Source: a bacterium
GTDB taxonomy: Bacteria > JADJOY01
Reading direction: 5' to 3'
NCBI GenBank assembly: GCA_046331705.1
Contig: JAXLQJ010000008.1
Span: forward strand, 1-64,000
DNA length: 64,000 bases
Shown here: one piece after another, positions 1 to 8,945 of the stretch
Layout of the letters: each line of letters opens with the position of its first letter
Numbering within the stretch: position 1 is the stretch's first letter
Made by a program: the position numbers and the translations under genes
The notes under the pieces: model-generated
The model's input: only the letters and a program-made list of their open reading frames with translations
Database searches by the model: none
What the model was told of the DNA's origin: nothing

Positions 1-1470
1 CATGACGGCGGAGATCGCGTGGGCCGCGGCGGTACGCCCGTGCACGCGCAGATTCGTGAGCACGCCCAAGACCAGCCCGAGCAACACGTGGACGGAGCCC
101 AGCGCGAGCGCCAGCCCCAGGAACGCCACCACGCGCTCGCCGCGGTCGAAGAAGAGCGGGTGCAAGCCGAGCGCGCGCTGGCCAAGATCGCCGAAGAGCT
201 CGCCGAAGCCGATCCCGAAGAGCGCCGCGAACGTGCCGCAGACCCCGGCCATCTCGGCGACGGCGCGCGACACCGTACCAGCCCGGGTACGCCGGCCGAG
301 CGCCACGGCGAGCACCACCAGCAGCGACCCGTAGCCCAGGTCGCCGAGCATGAGCCCGAAGAACATCGGGAAGAACACCGCGACGAAGGGCGTGGGATCG
401 ATCGACCCGTAGCGCGGCAGCGGCACCAGGCGGGTGATGACCTCGAAGGGCCGGAAGAGCCGTGGGTTCGCGAGCACGACCGGCGGCTCGTCGCTGTTCC
501 AGTGCTCGCGGCCGATCGTCTCGACCACCAGCTCTCCGCCGCACGTGGACGCGAGGCCGGCGACCAGCGACTCGAGCCGGGCCTCGGGGACCCAGCCGGC
601 GATGACGAAGACGTGCTCATCGAGCGCCACGGCGTGGCGAGCCCTCAGTCGTTCCGCCGCGTCTGCGAGCGACGCCCAGGCCGCCTCGAGCGCCGGCCGC
701 GCGATGGCGAGGCTCGCGGCGCGACAGCGCGCCAGCGCCGCCAGCTCGCGCGGGATCTCGCCGAGGCGCTCCATCATCCGCGGCGCCGCATCCAGCAGCG
801 ACGCGCCGTAGCTCACGGGAAGCTCCACCTCGTGGACACGGCTCGCGGCGAGGATGGCGTCGACACGGTTCGCCCAGCTGCGCGCGACGATCAGGAGCAG
901 CGCCAGCTCGCCGCCGCCGAGCGGTTCCACGATCAACTCGAACGCGCCCCCCAGCGCCTCGTCGAGGGCGGCCTCGAGGCGCGGCAGCGCCGCCACTTGC
1001 TCCGGTCGCAGCACCACGTGGTAGGCGCTCACCTGGGTGAGCGGCCGCGGCGCCCGCAGCCACGAGCCGAAGGCGGCGAGGAACGGCCGGAACTTCTCGA
1101 TCAGGGCGCGTTCTTCGACGAGCGCTGCCGCCGCGCTCTCCAGCGCGGCGAGCAGGTGACGCAGCCGCCGCGCTCGACGCACCGCCGCGAAGACCGTGCA
1201 GGACGCGCGCGCGGCGGAGTCGTCCACCGCTCCCAGGACACGCGCCGATGCATCGCGCTCGCCGAGCACCGCGTCGAGGTCCGCGAGCGCCGCCGCAAGC
1301 CGCTCCCGGCGCCGGGCCTCGCGAGGCGACGGGCTCGCGGGTCGCGTGGTGAGGCTGGAGGGTGACACCGTGGTGAGGTGCAACACGCTCGCGTCCTGGA
1401 GGGCCGCGATCGCCTCGCCGAGCCGCGTGCGCGGCCCGACGACCTCGACCTTCACCATCGGCACGATCAT
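1..1470 (-). CDS. ntpI: V/A-type ATP synthase subunit I (a), 3'-truncated by window edge
   Basis: Not in the ORF track. Manual translation from ATG at 1470 gives MIVPMVKVEVVGPRTRLGEAIAALQDASVLHL... and later LPRYGSIDPTPFVAVFFPMFFGLMLGDLGYG, the hallmark NtpI/AtpI motif. ATGA overlap with the upstream gene. Confidence 0.92.
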   Translation of the reverse strand, partial: MIVPMVKVEVVGPRTRLGEAIAALQDASVLHLTTVSPSSLTTRPASPSPREARRRERLAAALADLDAVLGERDASARVLGAVDDSAARASCTVFAAVRRARRLRHLLAALESAAAALVEERALIEKFRPFLAAFGSWLRAPRPLTQVSAYHVVLRPEQVAALPRLEAALDEALGGAFELIVEPLGGGELALLLIVARSWANRVDAILAASRVHEVELPVSYGASLLDAAPRMMERLGEIPRELAALARCRAASLAIARPALEAAWASLADAAERLRARHAVALDEHVFVIAGWVPEARLESLVAGLASTCGGELVVETIGREHWNSDEPPVVLANPRLFRPFEVITRLVPLPRYGSIDPTPFVAVFFPMFFGLMLGDLGYGSLLVVLAVALGRRTRAGTVSRAVAEMAGVCGTFAALFGIGFGELFGDLGQRALGLHPLFFDRGERVVAFLGLALALGSVHVLLGLVLGVLTNLRVHGRTAAAHAISAVM

Positions 1471-1832
1471 GGCGGGTCGCCACGCCTGGGTAACGTCTCG
1501 ACGAGCCGCGCGACGACCTCCGCCGCCAGCTCGGCGGCGCGCGATCCGGTCACGGCCTCGAACGCCGCGGCGCGCAGCTCGGCGTCGCGCCGAAGCTCCT
1601 CCACCGCCCGTTCGCGCTCGGCGGCGATCGCGTCCGCCAGCAGACGCTCGGCGGTAACCAGCTCCGCCGCGAGCGCGTCGGCCTCCCTTCGCGCATCGCC
1701 ACGAGCCGCCTCGCGGATCCGCTCCGCCTCCGCGCGAGCGGCGCAGAGTCGCTCGTCGAGCCGCGATTCCTCGGCGGCGATGGCCGTGAGGCTCGCGTCC
1801 ACCCAAGGCGTGCGCGAATCGGCGGCGAGCAT
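1467..1832 (-). CDS. V/A-type ATPase peripheral stalk subunit G/H-like coiled-coil protein
   Basis: 121 aa, A/E/R-rich helical (ARAEAERIREAAR), translationally coupled directly upstream of subunit I. Confidence 0.7.
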   Translation of the reverse strand: MLAADSRTPWVDASLTAIAAEESRLDERLCAARAEAERIREAARGDARREADALAAELVTAERLLADAIAAERERAVEELRRDAELRAAAFEAVTGSRAAELAAEVVARLVETLPRRGDPP

Positions 1833-1852
1833 GGCGTCCCTGGTCTTCCCAC

Positions 1853-1868
1853 AGCACTAAACGCGCCA
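1853..1868 (-). promoter_or_regulatory. Putative sigma54 -24/-12 promoter of the V-ATPase operon
   Basis: Minus strand TGGCGCGTTTAGTGCT = GG-N10-GC, about 20 bp upstream of the ATG at 1832. Confidence 0.6.
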
Positions 1869-2423
1869 AACGCGGGTACGTCCGACCGCGCGAACCGGTG
1901 TCGCGCGCGGCCGGGCATCGCACCCGGGCGAGGCGGTCGACCGGCCCGATCGCGCGTGAGCGCTGCGGGGATCACGAGGCGCCCGGCACCGAGGAACGCT
2001 TCGTGCAGATGCCGTCCTTCGCTGGCGCCTTGGCGCCATACGGAAACGACCGAACCCGACGCCGACAAAGGTGGAGACGAAACACTCGCCCCGCTCGCGC
2101 AAGCAGGTCACCGACGCGACCTCGGGTCGATCGGCCGTGCACGGGGAAGCTCGCACCGCCTCGCGAGTCCCGCCGCCTTCCGCACGAAAGCGACACCAAA
2201 TTCCAGAGTTGCAACGAAACGGCTGGAAAGGTTTCGGAGCGGCGGAGCGCGCGGGCTCGGCTGCGGCGGCTCTTGGGGGTGTGGCTCGCGATTTTTCGCG
2301 AGCGTCCGCAACGTTTCCGCGTCGCGGCTGCGCGTCGCGAAGAGAGAGCGCGCGGCGCTGGGCGCCGGCGCACGAGCGGCCGCTCGCCACGTCACCACGA
2401 CCGGACACGCCCCGCTCCGCGGA

Positions 2424-2439
2424 CGGGGCTCCTGTTGCG
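2424..2439 (+). promoter_or_regulatory. Weak sigma54 -24/-12 candidate for the hydrogenase operon
   Basis: CGGGGCTCCTGTTGCG = GG-N10-GC with a TTGC -12 element but a poor -24 element, just before the GAGG RBS and GTG at 2461. Confidence 0.35.
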
Positions 2440-2460
2440 GGTCGGCTACGCGAGGTTGCC

Positions 2461-3750
2461 GTGATACGGCGTCGTCACCTTCTCGCCCTCCTGGCGACCA
2501 TCTCCCTCATCGCCATCTCGGTGGCGGCGGCGAACACGAGCCGCGCAGCCGACGCGCCATCGGACAAGGCCGATTGTCAGTCTTGTCACGGCGACCGAGA
2601 GCTCACCACCACGCCGGCCCCGGGCAGCCCGCCACGCTCGCTGTGGGTCGATACCGAGGCGCTGGCGAAGTCGGTGCACGCCGACTTCGAATGCGTGGAT
2701 TGCCATCCGGACGCGTCCGAGGCGCCGCACCCCCATCCCCCCGCCGCCGCGAGCTGCGAGTCCTGCCATCCGGACGCACAGGACGCGGTCGCCTCCACCG
2801 TCCATGGGCAGGCCCTCGCGCGCGGCGACGCCGCGGCGCCTCGCTGTGGTGACTGCCACGGCGCCCACGACATCCTGCCCGTCGACGATCCGCGCTCGCC
2901 CGTCCACCCCCTTGGCGTCGCCTCGACCTGCGCGCGCTGCCACTCGTCCCCCGACTTCGCGAAGCAACACACGCCAGTCGTGAGCGACCCGCTCGCGCAG
3001 TACCGCGACAGCGTCCACGGCATCGCGATCCTCACGGAGCGCAACCCCAAGGCGGCGTCTTGCACGAGCTGCCACGGCTCGCACGAGATCCGCGACAACC
3101 AGGACCCGGCCTCCAGCATCTTCCCCGCCAACGTGGCGCGCACCTGCGGCACGTGCCACGAGCGCGAGCTCGCGGACTACCGGCGCAGCGTCCACGGCGA
3201 GGCGTTCGCCCGCGGCGTGCGCGAGGCGCCGACCTGCACCGATTGCCACGGCGAGCACCACGTGGAGGCGGCGTCCGCGGCGACCTCGCCCGTGAACCCG
3301 CGACACGTCTCCGCGGAGACCTGCGGTCGCTGTCACGGCTCGGATCGCCTGGCCGCGAAGTTCAACCTGCCGAGCCAGGCGCTGGCGACGTTCTCGACCA
3401 GCTTCCACGGCCTCGCCCTCGAGGGCGGCGACGTGCGCGCGGCGAACTGCGCGTCGTGCCACGGCAATCACCGCGTGCTGCGGTCGACGGACCCCGAGTC
3501 CTCGATCTTCCCCGCCAACCTGCCGACCACTTGCGGTCGCTGCCACCCCGACGCCGGCGCCAACGTGACGCGCGGCTCGGTGCACCTCACCAGCGGCACG
3601 GCGCCGGGACGGATCGTGCTGTGGGTGCAGCGCATCTACCTGGGGCTGATCGTGGTCGTGATCGGCGGCATGACCTTCCACAACGGCCTCGACTTCGTGC
3701 GCCGCAGCCAGCGACGCATCCGGGCGCGCGGCCGAGGAGCACACCCGTGA
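2461..3750 (+). CDS. Periplasmic 11-heme cytochrome c with C-terminal membrane anchor (CbcL-like heme domain)
   Basis: GTG at 2461 after GAGG; signal peptide; 11 CxxCH motifs counted (CQSCH, CVDCH, CESCH, CGDCH, CARCH, CTSCH, CGTCH, CTDCH, CGRCH, CASCH, CGRCH); C-terminal TM IYLGLIVVVIGGMTFHNGLD. Confidence 0.92.
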   Translation: MIRRRHLLALLATISLIAISVAAANTSRAADAPSDKADCQSCHGDRELTTTPAPGSPPRSLWVDTEALAKSVHADFECVDCHPDASEAPHPHPPAAASCESCHPDAQDAVASTVHGQALARGDAAAPRCGDCHGAHDILPVDDPRSPVHPLGVASTCARCHSSPDFAKQHTPVVSDPLAQYRDSVHGIAILTERNPKAASCTSCHGSHEIRDNQDPASSIFPANVARTCGTCHERELADYRRSVHGEAFARGVREAPTCTDCHGEHHVEAASAATSPVNPRHVSAETCGRCHGSDRLAAKFNLPSQALATFSTSFHGLALEGGDVRAANCASCHGNHRVLRSTDPESSIFPANLPTTCGRCHPDAGANVTRGSVHLTSGTAPGRIVLWVQRIYLGLIVVVIGGMTFHNGLDFVRRSQRRIRARGRGAHP

Positions 3751-4487
3751 AACCCGACGATTCCCGCACGCCGAAGCGCGCGCCCCTCACGGTTCGCGTC
3801 GATGGCGGGTATCTGCGCTGGACCGTCTGGGAGCGCATCCAGCACTGGCTGCTCGCCGCCACGTTCATCCTGCTCGCCATCACCGGCTTCGCGCTGCGCT
3901 ACCCCACGGCGTGGTGGATGAGGCCGTTCGCCGGCTACGAGGCGCTCTTCGCGCTGCGCGGCTGGCTTCACCGCGCGGCGGCGGTGGCGTTCCTCGGGCT
4001 CTCCGTGGTGCATCTCGCGTGGCTGGTGGCGACGCCGCGCGGCCGCGCGCATCTGGTCGCGCTCGCGCCAGGGCTCGGCGACCTCATCGACGCGATCCGC
4101 ACCATCGGTCACAACCTCGGCTTCCGGATCGCACCGGCTCGCTTCCAGCGCTACAGCTACGCCGAGAAGGCGGAGTACTGGGCGCTGGTGTGGGGCGGGA
4201 TCGTGATGGGCGCGACCGGCGTCGCGCTGTGGGCCAAGGACGCGACGCTGGCCCATTCGCCGCGCTGGGTGATCGACCTGCTCACGGTGATCCACCTCTA
4301 CGAAGCGTGGCTCGCGACCCTCGCGATCATCGTCTGGCATTTCTATTTCGTGATGTTCAACCCCGACATCTACCCGCTGCAGAGCAGCATGGTCACCGGC
4401 AAGCTCGACGAGGAAACGATGAAGGACGAGCACGGCGCCGAGTGGCAGCAGATCGCAGCGAGCGAGTCGGGCGAAGCGCGCGCCTGA
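3747..4487 (+). CDS. Di-heme cytochrome b membrane subunit (FdnI/HyaC/CbcL b-domain-like)
   Basis: GTGA overlap with the previous gene; ERIQHWLLA..ITG, LHRAAA, RYSYAEKAEYWALVWG, IHLYEAWLA..IVWHFY with four TM His residues. Confidence 0.88.
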   Translation: MKPDDSRTPKRAPLTVRVDGGYLRWTVWERIQHWLLAATFILLAITGFALRYPTAWWMRPFAGYEALFALRGWLHRAAAVAFLGLSVVHLAWLVATPRGRAHLVALAPGLGDLIDAIRTIGHNLGFRIAPARFQRYSYAEKAEYWALVWGGIVMGATGVALWAKDATLAHSPRWVIDLLTVIHLYEAWLATLAIIVWHFYFVMFNPDIYPLQSSMVTGKLDEETMKDEHGAEWQQIAASESGEARA

Positions 4488-4504
4488 CGCGCGTCGACGA
4501 AGCC

Positions 4505-4873
4505 ATGCACGAATACTCCCTCGTCCAGGCGCTCTTGAAGCGGGTCGCCGAGGAGGCGAGCCAGCGGCACGCCACCGCGGTGCACCGCGTGGCGGTACGG
4601 ATCGGCCCGCTGGCCGGAGTGGAACGCGCGCTCTTCGCCACCGCGTTCGACGTGCTGAGCGCGGGCACCGTCGCGGACGGCGCCGCGCTCCAGATCGAGA
4701 CGGAACGGCTCGGATGGCGGTGCACCTCGTGCGACGCCGCCATTCCCGAGGGAGAGGTTCTCGCCTGTCCGGCCTGTGGTTGGCCGGTCCGGCTCACGGG
4801 GGGAGATGCGCTGACGCTCGAACGAATCGAGCTCGAGGTACCCCAGGATGTGCCAGGACTGCGGATGCGGTGA
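4505..4873 (+). CDS. hypA: Hydrogenase nickel metallochaperone HypA/HybF
   Basis: N-terminal MHEYSL, two CxxC motifs (CTSC, CPAC), C-terminal LTLERIELE. Confidence 0.95.
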   Translation: MHEYSLVQALLKRVAEEASQRHATAVHRVAVRIGPLAGVERALFATAFDVLSAGTVADGAALQIETERLGWRCTSCDAAIPEGEVLACPACGWPVRLTGGDALTLERIELEVPQDVPGLRMR

Positions 4874-5594
4874 TCCCACCATCGTCTCGGTCGAGGTCCA
4901 CGAGCGCTTGCTCGCCGGCAACGATCGCATCGCCCACCACAATCGCGAGCATTTCCGGAGCCACGGCGTCACCGTCATCAACGTGATGGGCTCGCCGGGA
5001 GCGGGGAAGACCGCGCTGCTGGAGGCCACCGCCCGCGCCCTCGGCGACCGGCGAAGACTCGCGGCGATCACCGGCGATCTCGAGACCGAGCGCGACGCCG
5101 TGCGGCTGCGGGCCGCGGGCGTTCCCACCGCCGCGATCACCACCGGCTCGGCCTGCCATCTCGACGCCGAGATGGTGCACCACGTGCTGCACGACGAGTC
5201 CCGGCACCACGCGCTGGTGCACGACGTCGACTACCTCTTCGTCGAGAACGTCGGGAACCTCGTGTGCCCGGCGATCTACGACCTCGGCCAGCACGTCAAC
5301 GTGGTGGCGCTGTCGGTGACCGAGGGCGAGGACAAGCCGCTCAAGTACCCGGTGATGTTCCGCAACGCCGACCTGGTGCTGGTCACGAAGACCGACCTGC
5401 TGGCGGCGCTGCCCGACTTCGACCGCCCGGCGCTCGACGCGGCCATCACCCGCAGCATGCGCGCACCGCGCTCGATCGCCGTCTCCGCGCGCCGCGGAGA
5501 CGGGCTCGGCCAGTGGATCGCGTGGATCGAAAGCGTTCGGAGCCAGGCGCTCGTCGCTCCCCGCCCGATCGCGATGGAGGTTCTTCATGGCTGA
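4848..5594 (+). CDS. hypB: Hydrogenase nickel incorporation GTPase HypB
   Basis: MCQDCGC Ni site, GSPGAGKT P-loop, CHLDA, ENVGNLVCP, EGEDKPLKYP. Confidence 0.97.
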   Translation: MCQDCGCGDPTIVSVEVHERLLAGNDRIAHHNREHFRSHGVTVINVMGSPGAGKTALLEATARALGDRRRLAAITGDLETERDAVRLRAAGVPTAAITTGSACHLDAEMVHHVLHDESRHHALVHDVDYLFVENVGNLVCPAIYDLGQHVNVVALSVTEGEDKPLKYPVMFRNADLVLVTKTDLLAALPDFDRPALDAAITRSMRAPRSIAVSARRGDGLGQWIAWIESVRSQALVAPRPIAMEVLHG

Positions 5595-6762
5595 CTCGAC
5601 ACGAGCCGCTCACCGCGACGAATCCATCGGTCGGCATCTCGCCCGCGCGGGCGTGAGCCGCCGCGACTTCGTCGAGCTCTGTGCCTCGCTCATGGTGGCC
5701 GCGCCGTTCGGGCTCTCGCTCACCAGCAAGGCACGCGCGTCCGAGATCGCCCGCGCCATCGCCAAGGCGCGGCGCCCGTCGGTGATCTGGCTGCACTTCC
5801 AGGACTGCACCGGCTGCACCGAGACGCTGCTTCGGACCTCCAAGCCCGACCTCGCCGAGCTGATCCTCGAGCTCATCTCGCTCGACTACCACGAGACGGT
5901 GATGGCCGCCGCGGGTCACCAGGCCGAGAAATGCCTGCGTGACGCGATGACGGAGAACGCCGGCGCCTACGTGCTGGTGGTGGAGGGCGCGATCCCACGC
6001 AAGGACCACGGCATCTACATGAAGCTCGCCGGACGGCCCGCCCTCGAGGTCCTCGCGGAGGCCGCGCACGGCGCTGCCGCGGTGATCGCGATGGGATCGT
6101 GCGCCTCGTGGGGCGGTCTGCCCTCCGCCGATCCCAACCCGACGGACGCTGTCGGCGTCGACGCGCTGGTCGTGGGCAAGCCGATCGTGAACATCCCCGG
6201 TTGCCCGCCCAACCCGTACAACCTCCTCGCCACCGTCCTCGAGTACGCGACCGCCGGGAAGCTGCCCGAGCTGGACGAGCTCAAGCGCCCCAAGTTCGCC
6301 TACGACCGCGCGATCCACGACCACTGCCCACGGCGCGCCCACTTCGACGCCGGCCGCTTCGCCACCGCGTTCGGCGACGGCGGCCATCGCCAGGGCTGGT
6401 GCCTCTACAAGCTCGGCTGCAAGGGCCCGGCGACCCACGCGGGCTGCTCGACGCGCCACTTCAACGAGATCCCCGACGTGTGGCCGATCGGCATCGGCGC
6501 CCCGTGCTTCGGCTGCACCGAGCAATCGCTCGCGTTCCGGGTGCCGATGTTCGACACCATCGCGCTGCACCAGGTGACGCCGCCCGACACCTACGCGCCC
6601 ATCGCCACGCCCCAGGGCCGCGTGAGCCCGGCGGCGACCGCGCTGGCGGGCGGCATCGTCGGCGCGCTGGCCGGCGCCGGATTCGTCGCGTCGCGCAAGA
6701 TCAGCGAGAAGAGCGGCTCGGAGCTTCCCACCGCGCCGCCCACTCGTCCGAAGGGAGGTTGA
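5587..6762 (+). CDS. hybO: [NiFe]-hydrogenase small subunit (Hyd-2 type), Tat-exported
   Basis: SRRDFVE Tat motif, QDCTGC, GSCASWGG, PGCPPNP, HDHCPRR, CLYKLGCKGP, PCFGC, C-terminal TM helix. Confidence 0.95.
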   Translation: MADSTRAAHRDESIGRHLARAGVSRRDFVELCASLMVAAPFGLSLTSKARASEIARAIAKARRPSVIWLHFQDCTGCTETLLRTSKPDLAELILELISLDYHETVMAAAGHQAEKCLRDAMTENAGAYVLVVEGAIPRKDHGIYMKLAGRPALEVLAEAAHGAAAVIAMGSCASWGGLPSADPNPTDAVGVDALVVGKPIVNIPGCPPNPYNLLATVLEYATAGKLPELDELKRPKFAYDRAIHDHCPRRAHFDAGRFATAFGDGGHRQGWCLYKLGCKGPATHAGCSTRHFNEIPDVWPIGIGAPCFGCTEQSLAFRVPMFDTIALHQVTPPDTYAPIATPQGRVSPAATALAGGIVGALAGAGFVASRKISEKSGSELPTAPPTRPKGG

Positions 6763-6765
6763 GCC

Positions 6766-7686
6766 ATGAGCCTCTCCCGACGCTCGGTCCTCAAGGCGGT
6801 GGCGGCCGCCTCGGCTTCGTCGCTCGCGACGAAAGCCAGCCCAACCGATGCGCGCGCGGCGGTGGCGGAAGCTCCACCCAGCGCCGTCGGCATGCTCTAC
6901 GACGCCACCCGTTGCATCGGCTGCAAGGCGTGCATGGGGGCCTGCAACGCCGCCAACGACGTGACTCCCGACACCCGCGCCTCGGGCGGCGTCTGGCACG
7001 CACCGCTGGATCTCAACGAGCACGCGAAGAACATCATCAAGCTCTACCGCGATCCCGCCAGCGGCGAGCAGTCGTACGTGAAGCGGCAGTGCATGCACTG
7101 CCTCGACCCCGCCTGCGCGACCGCCTGCATGCTCGGCGCGTACCAGAAGCGCGAGCGCGGCATCGTGAGCTACGACCCGAGCCTCTGCATCGGCTGCCGC
7201 TATTGCGAGATGGCGTGCCCGTTCAACGTGCCGAAGTTCGAGTGGAGCAAGGCCGCTCCCAAGATGGTCAAGTGCGAGCTCTGCAAGGAGCGAGTCGCGG
7301 AAGGGAAAGAGCCGGCGTGCTGCGAGGTCTGCCCGGTCGACGCGGTGATCTTCGGCCTGCGCTCCGAGCTGCTCGCGGAGGCGCACAAGCGAATCGAGGA
7401 GCACCCGGATCGCTACCTCCATCACGTCTACGGTGAGCACGAGGCCGGCGGCACCCAGGTGCTCTACCTGTCGCACGTGCCGTTCGAGAAGCTCGGCTTG
7501 CCGGCGTACGACGACCGGCCGGTGCCCGAGACCGTGCGCACCGTCCAGCACTCGATCTATCGCGGCTTCGTGGCGCCGGTGGCGCTCTACGCGTCGCTGG
7601 TGGGCGTGTTGTTGCGCAATCGGCGGGCGAACGCCGGCGTGGCGGGAGTCGCGACCCGCGACGACGACGAGGAGGAGTCGACATGA
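6766..7686 (+). CDS. hybA: Hydrogenase-2 polyferredoxin subunit HybA
   Basis: SRRSVLK Tat motif; CIGCKACMGAC, CMHCLDPAC, CIGCRYC, KCELC motifs; EAGGTQVLYL; C-terminal TM helix. Confidence 0.93.
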   Translation: MSLSRRSVLKAVAAASASSLATKASPTDARAAVAEAPPSAVGMLYDATRCIGCKACMGACNAANDVTPDTRASGGVWHAPLDLNEHAKNIIKLYRDPASGEQSYVKRQCMHCLDPACATACMLGAYQKRERGIVSYDPSLCIGCRYCEMACPFNVPKFEWSKAAPKMVKCELCKERVAEGKEPACCEVCPVDAVIFGLRSELLAEAHKRIEEHPDRYLHHVYGEHEAGGTQVLYLSHVPFEKLGLPAYDDRPVPETVRTVQHSIYRGFVAPVALYASLVGVLLRNRRANAGVAGVATRDDDEEEST

Positions 7687-8933
7687 ACGCGCACGCGGGC
7701 GTTCCCGGCCATCCCAAACGCTGGTGGATCCCGGGAGGCATCACCGAGCCTCACCCGGCTCCTCGGCCGGTGGGCGGGCCGTACTTCACCGGTCCGGTGC
7801 TCGCGCTGCTCGCGCTGGCGGCCGTCGCGGGCGCGCTCATCGTGTGGCGTTTCGCGGTGGGGCTGGGCGCCTCCACCGCGCTCAACGACGGTTATCCCTG
7901 GGGGCTCTGGATCGCGTTCGACGTCGTGACCGGGACGGCGCTGGCGTGCGGCGGCTACGCCGTCGCGCTCCTCACCTACACGCTCAACCGCGGCCAGTAC
8001 CACCCGCTGGTGCGTCCGGCGATGGTCACCAGCGCGTTCGGCTACACGATCGCCGGGCTCTCCGTCGTGCTCGACGTCGGCCGCCCCTGGCTGATCTGGA
8101 AGGTGCCGCTCTTCGTCGGGCACTGGAACGAGAACTCGGTGCTGCTCGAGGTCGCGCTCTGCATCATGGGCTACGTGTTCGTGGTGTGGCTCGAGCTGGC
8201 GCCGGCATTCCTCGAACGGGCCCGCGACAGCGCCGTGCCGGCGATGCGCGCGATCGGCCGTTTCGGCCTACCCGTGATCCAGAAGGCGCTGCTCTACATC
8301 GTGGCGCTGGGCGTGCTCCTGCCGACCATGCACCAGTCGTCGCTGGGGGCCTTGCTGCTGATCAGCGGCCCGCGGCTGCACGCGCTGTGGAACACGCCGA
8401 TGCTGCCGCTCTTGTTCCTGATCTCGTGCATCGCCATGGGCTTCGGCGCGGTGGTGCTGGAGAGCGGGCTCTCGTCGTGGTTGCTCGGCCGCAAGCCCGA
8501 GCGCGAGATGCTCGCCGGGCTGGGGCTCGCGATGGTGCCGATCGTCGGCGTGTATCTGGCGATCCGCCTCGTCGACCTGGCGGTGCGCGGCCAGCTCGCG
8601 GCGCTCGTCGCCTTCGACACCGCGAGCGTGCTCTCGCTCGTCGAGATGGCGCTCTTCGCCCTCGGGATCGCGCTGCTCGCGACGCGTCGTCGCCGCGAGG
8701 ACCTCGGCAACCTGATCCGCGCCGCGATGGTGCTCATCTTCGCAGGCGCGCTCTATCGCTTCGACGTGTTCCTGGTGGCGTTCAATCCAGGCGCCCAGTG
8801 GCACTACTTCCCCAACGTCGCGGAGATCCTCATCACGGCTGGCCTCGTCGCGGGCGAGATCGCCGGATACCTGCTGTTGATCCGCTTCTTCCCGATCTTG
8901 AGTGGCCGGCGGAATCCCGTCCCGGCGTCTTGA
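7683..8933 (+). CDS. hybB: Hydrogenase-2 integral membrane subunit HybB (NrfD family)
   Basis: LNDGYPWGLWIAFDV..GTALACGGY, DVGRPW, LPTMHQSSLG; polytopic membrane protein. Confidence 0.93.
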   Translation: MNAHAGVPGHPKRWWIPGGITEPHPAPRPVGGPYFTGPVLALLALAAVAGALIVWRFAVGLGASTALNDGYPWGLWIAFDVVTGTALACGGYAVALLTYTLNRGQYHPLVRPAMVTSAFGYTIAGLSVVLDVGRPWLIWKVPLFVGHWNENSVLLEVALCIMGYVFVVWLELAPAFLERARDSAVPAMRAIGRFGLPVIQKALLYIVALGVLLPTMHQSSLGALLLISGPRLHALWNTPMLPLLFLISCIAMGFGAVVLESGLSSWLLGRKPEREMLAGLGLAMVPIVGVYLAIRLVDLAVRGQLAALVAFDTASVLSLVEMALFALGIALLATRRRREDLGNLIRAAMVLIFAGALYRFDVFLVAFNPGAQWHYFPNVAEILITAGLVAGEIAGYLLLIRFFPILSGRRNPVPAS

Positions 8934-8945
8934 GCGAGGTCCACC

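Noticed and set aside
19-1365. 448-aa plus-strand ORF and the many other long R/A/P-rich ORFs in the track (e.g. 5446-7551, 8268-10595, 21729-25631, 57037-60135)
   Set aside because: Antisense or off-frame shadows of clearly recognisable genes, as expected in very GC-rich DNA with few stop codons.
2071-2460. Long N-terminal extensions given by the ORF track (also 14606, 41082, 42083, 60272, 61993)
   Set aside because: Downstream starts have an RBS, a signal peptide or a family-typical N-terminus, and the extensions cover promoter motifs or other genes.
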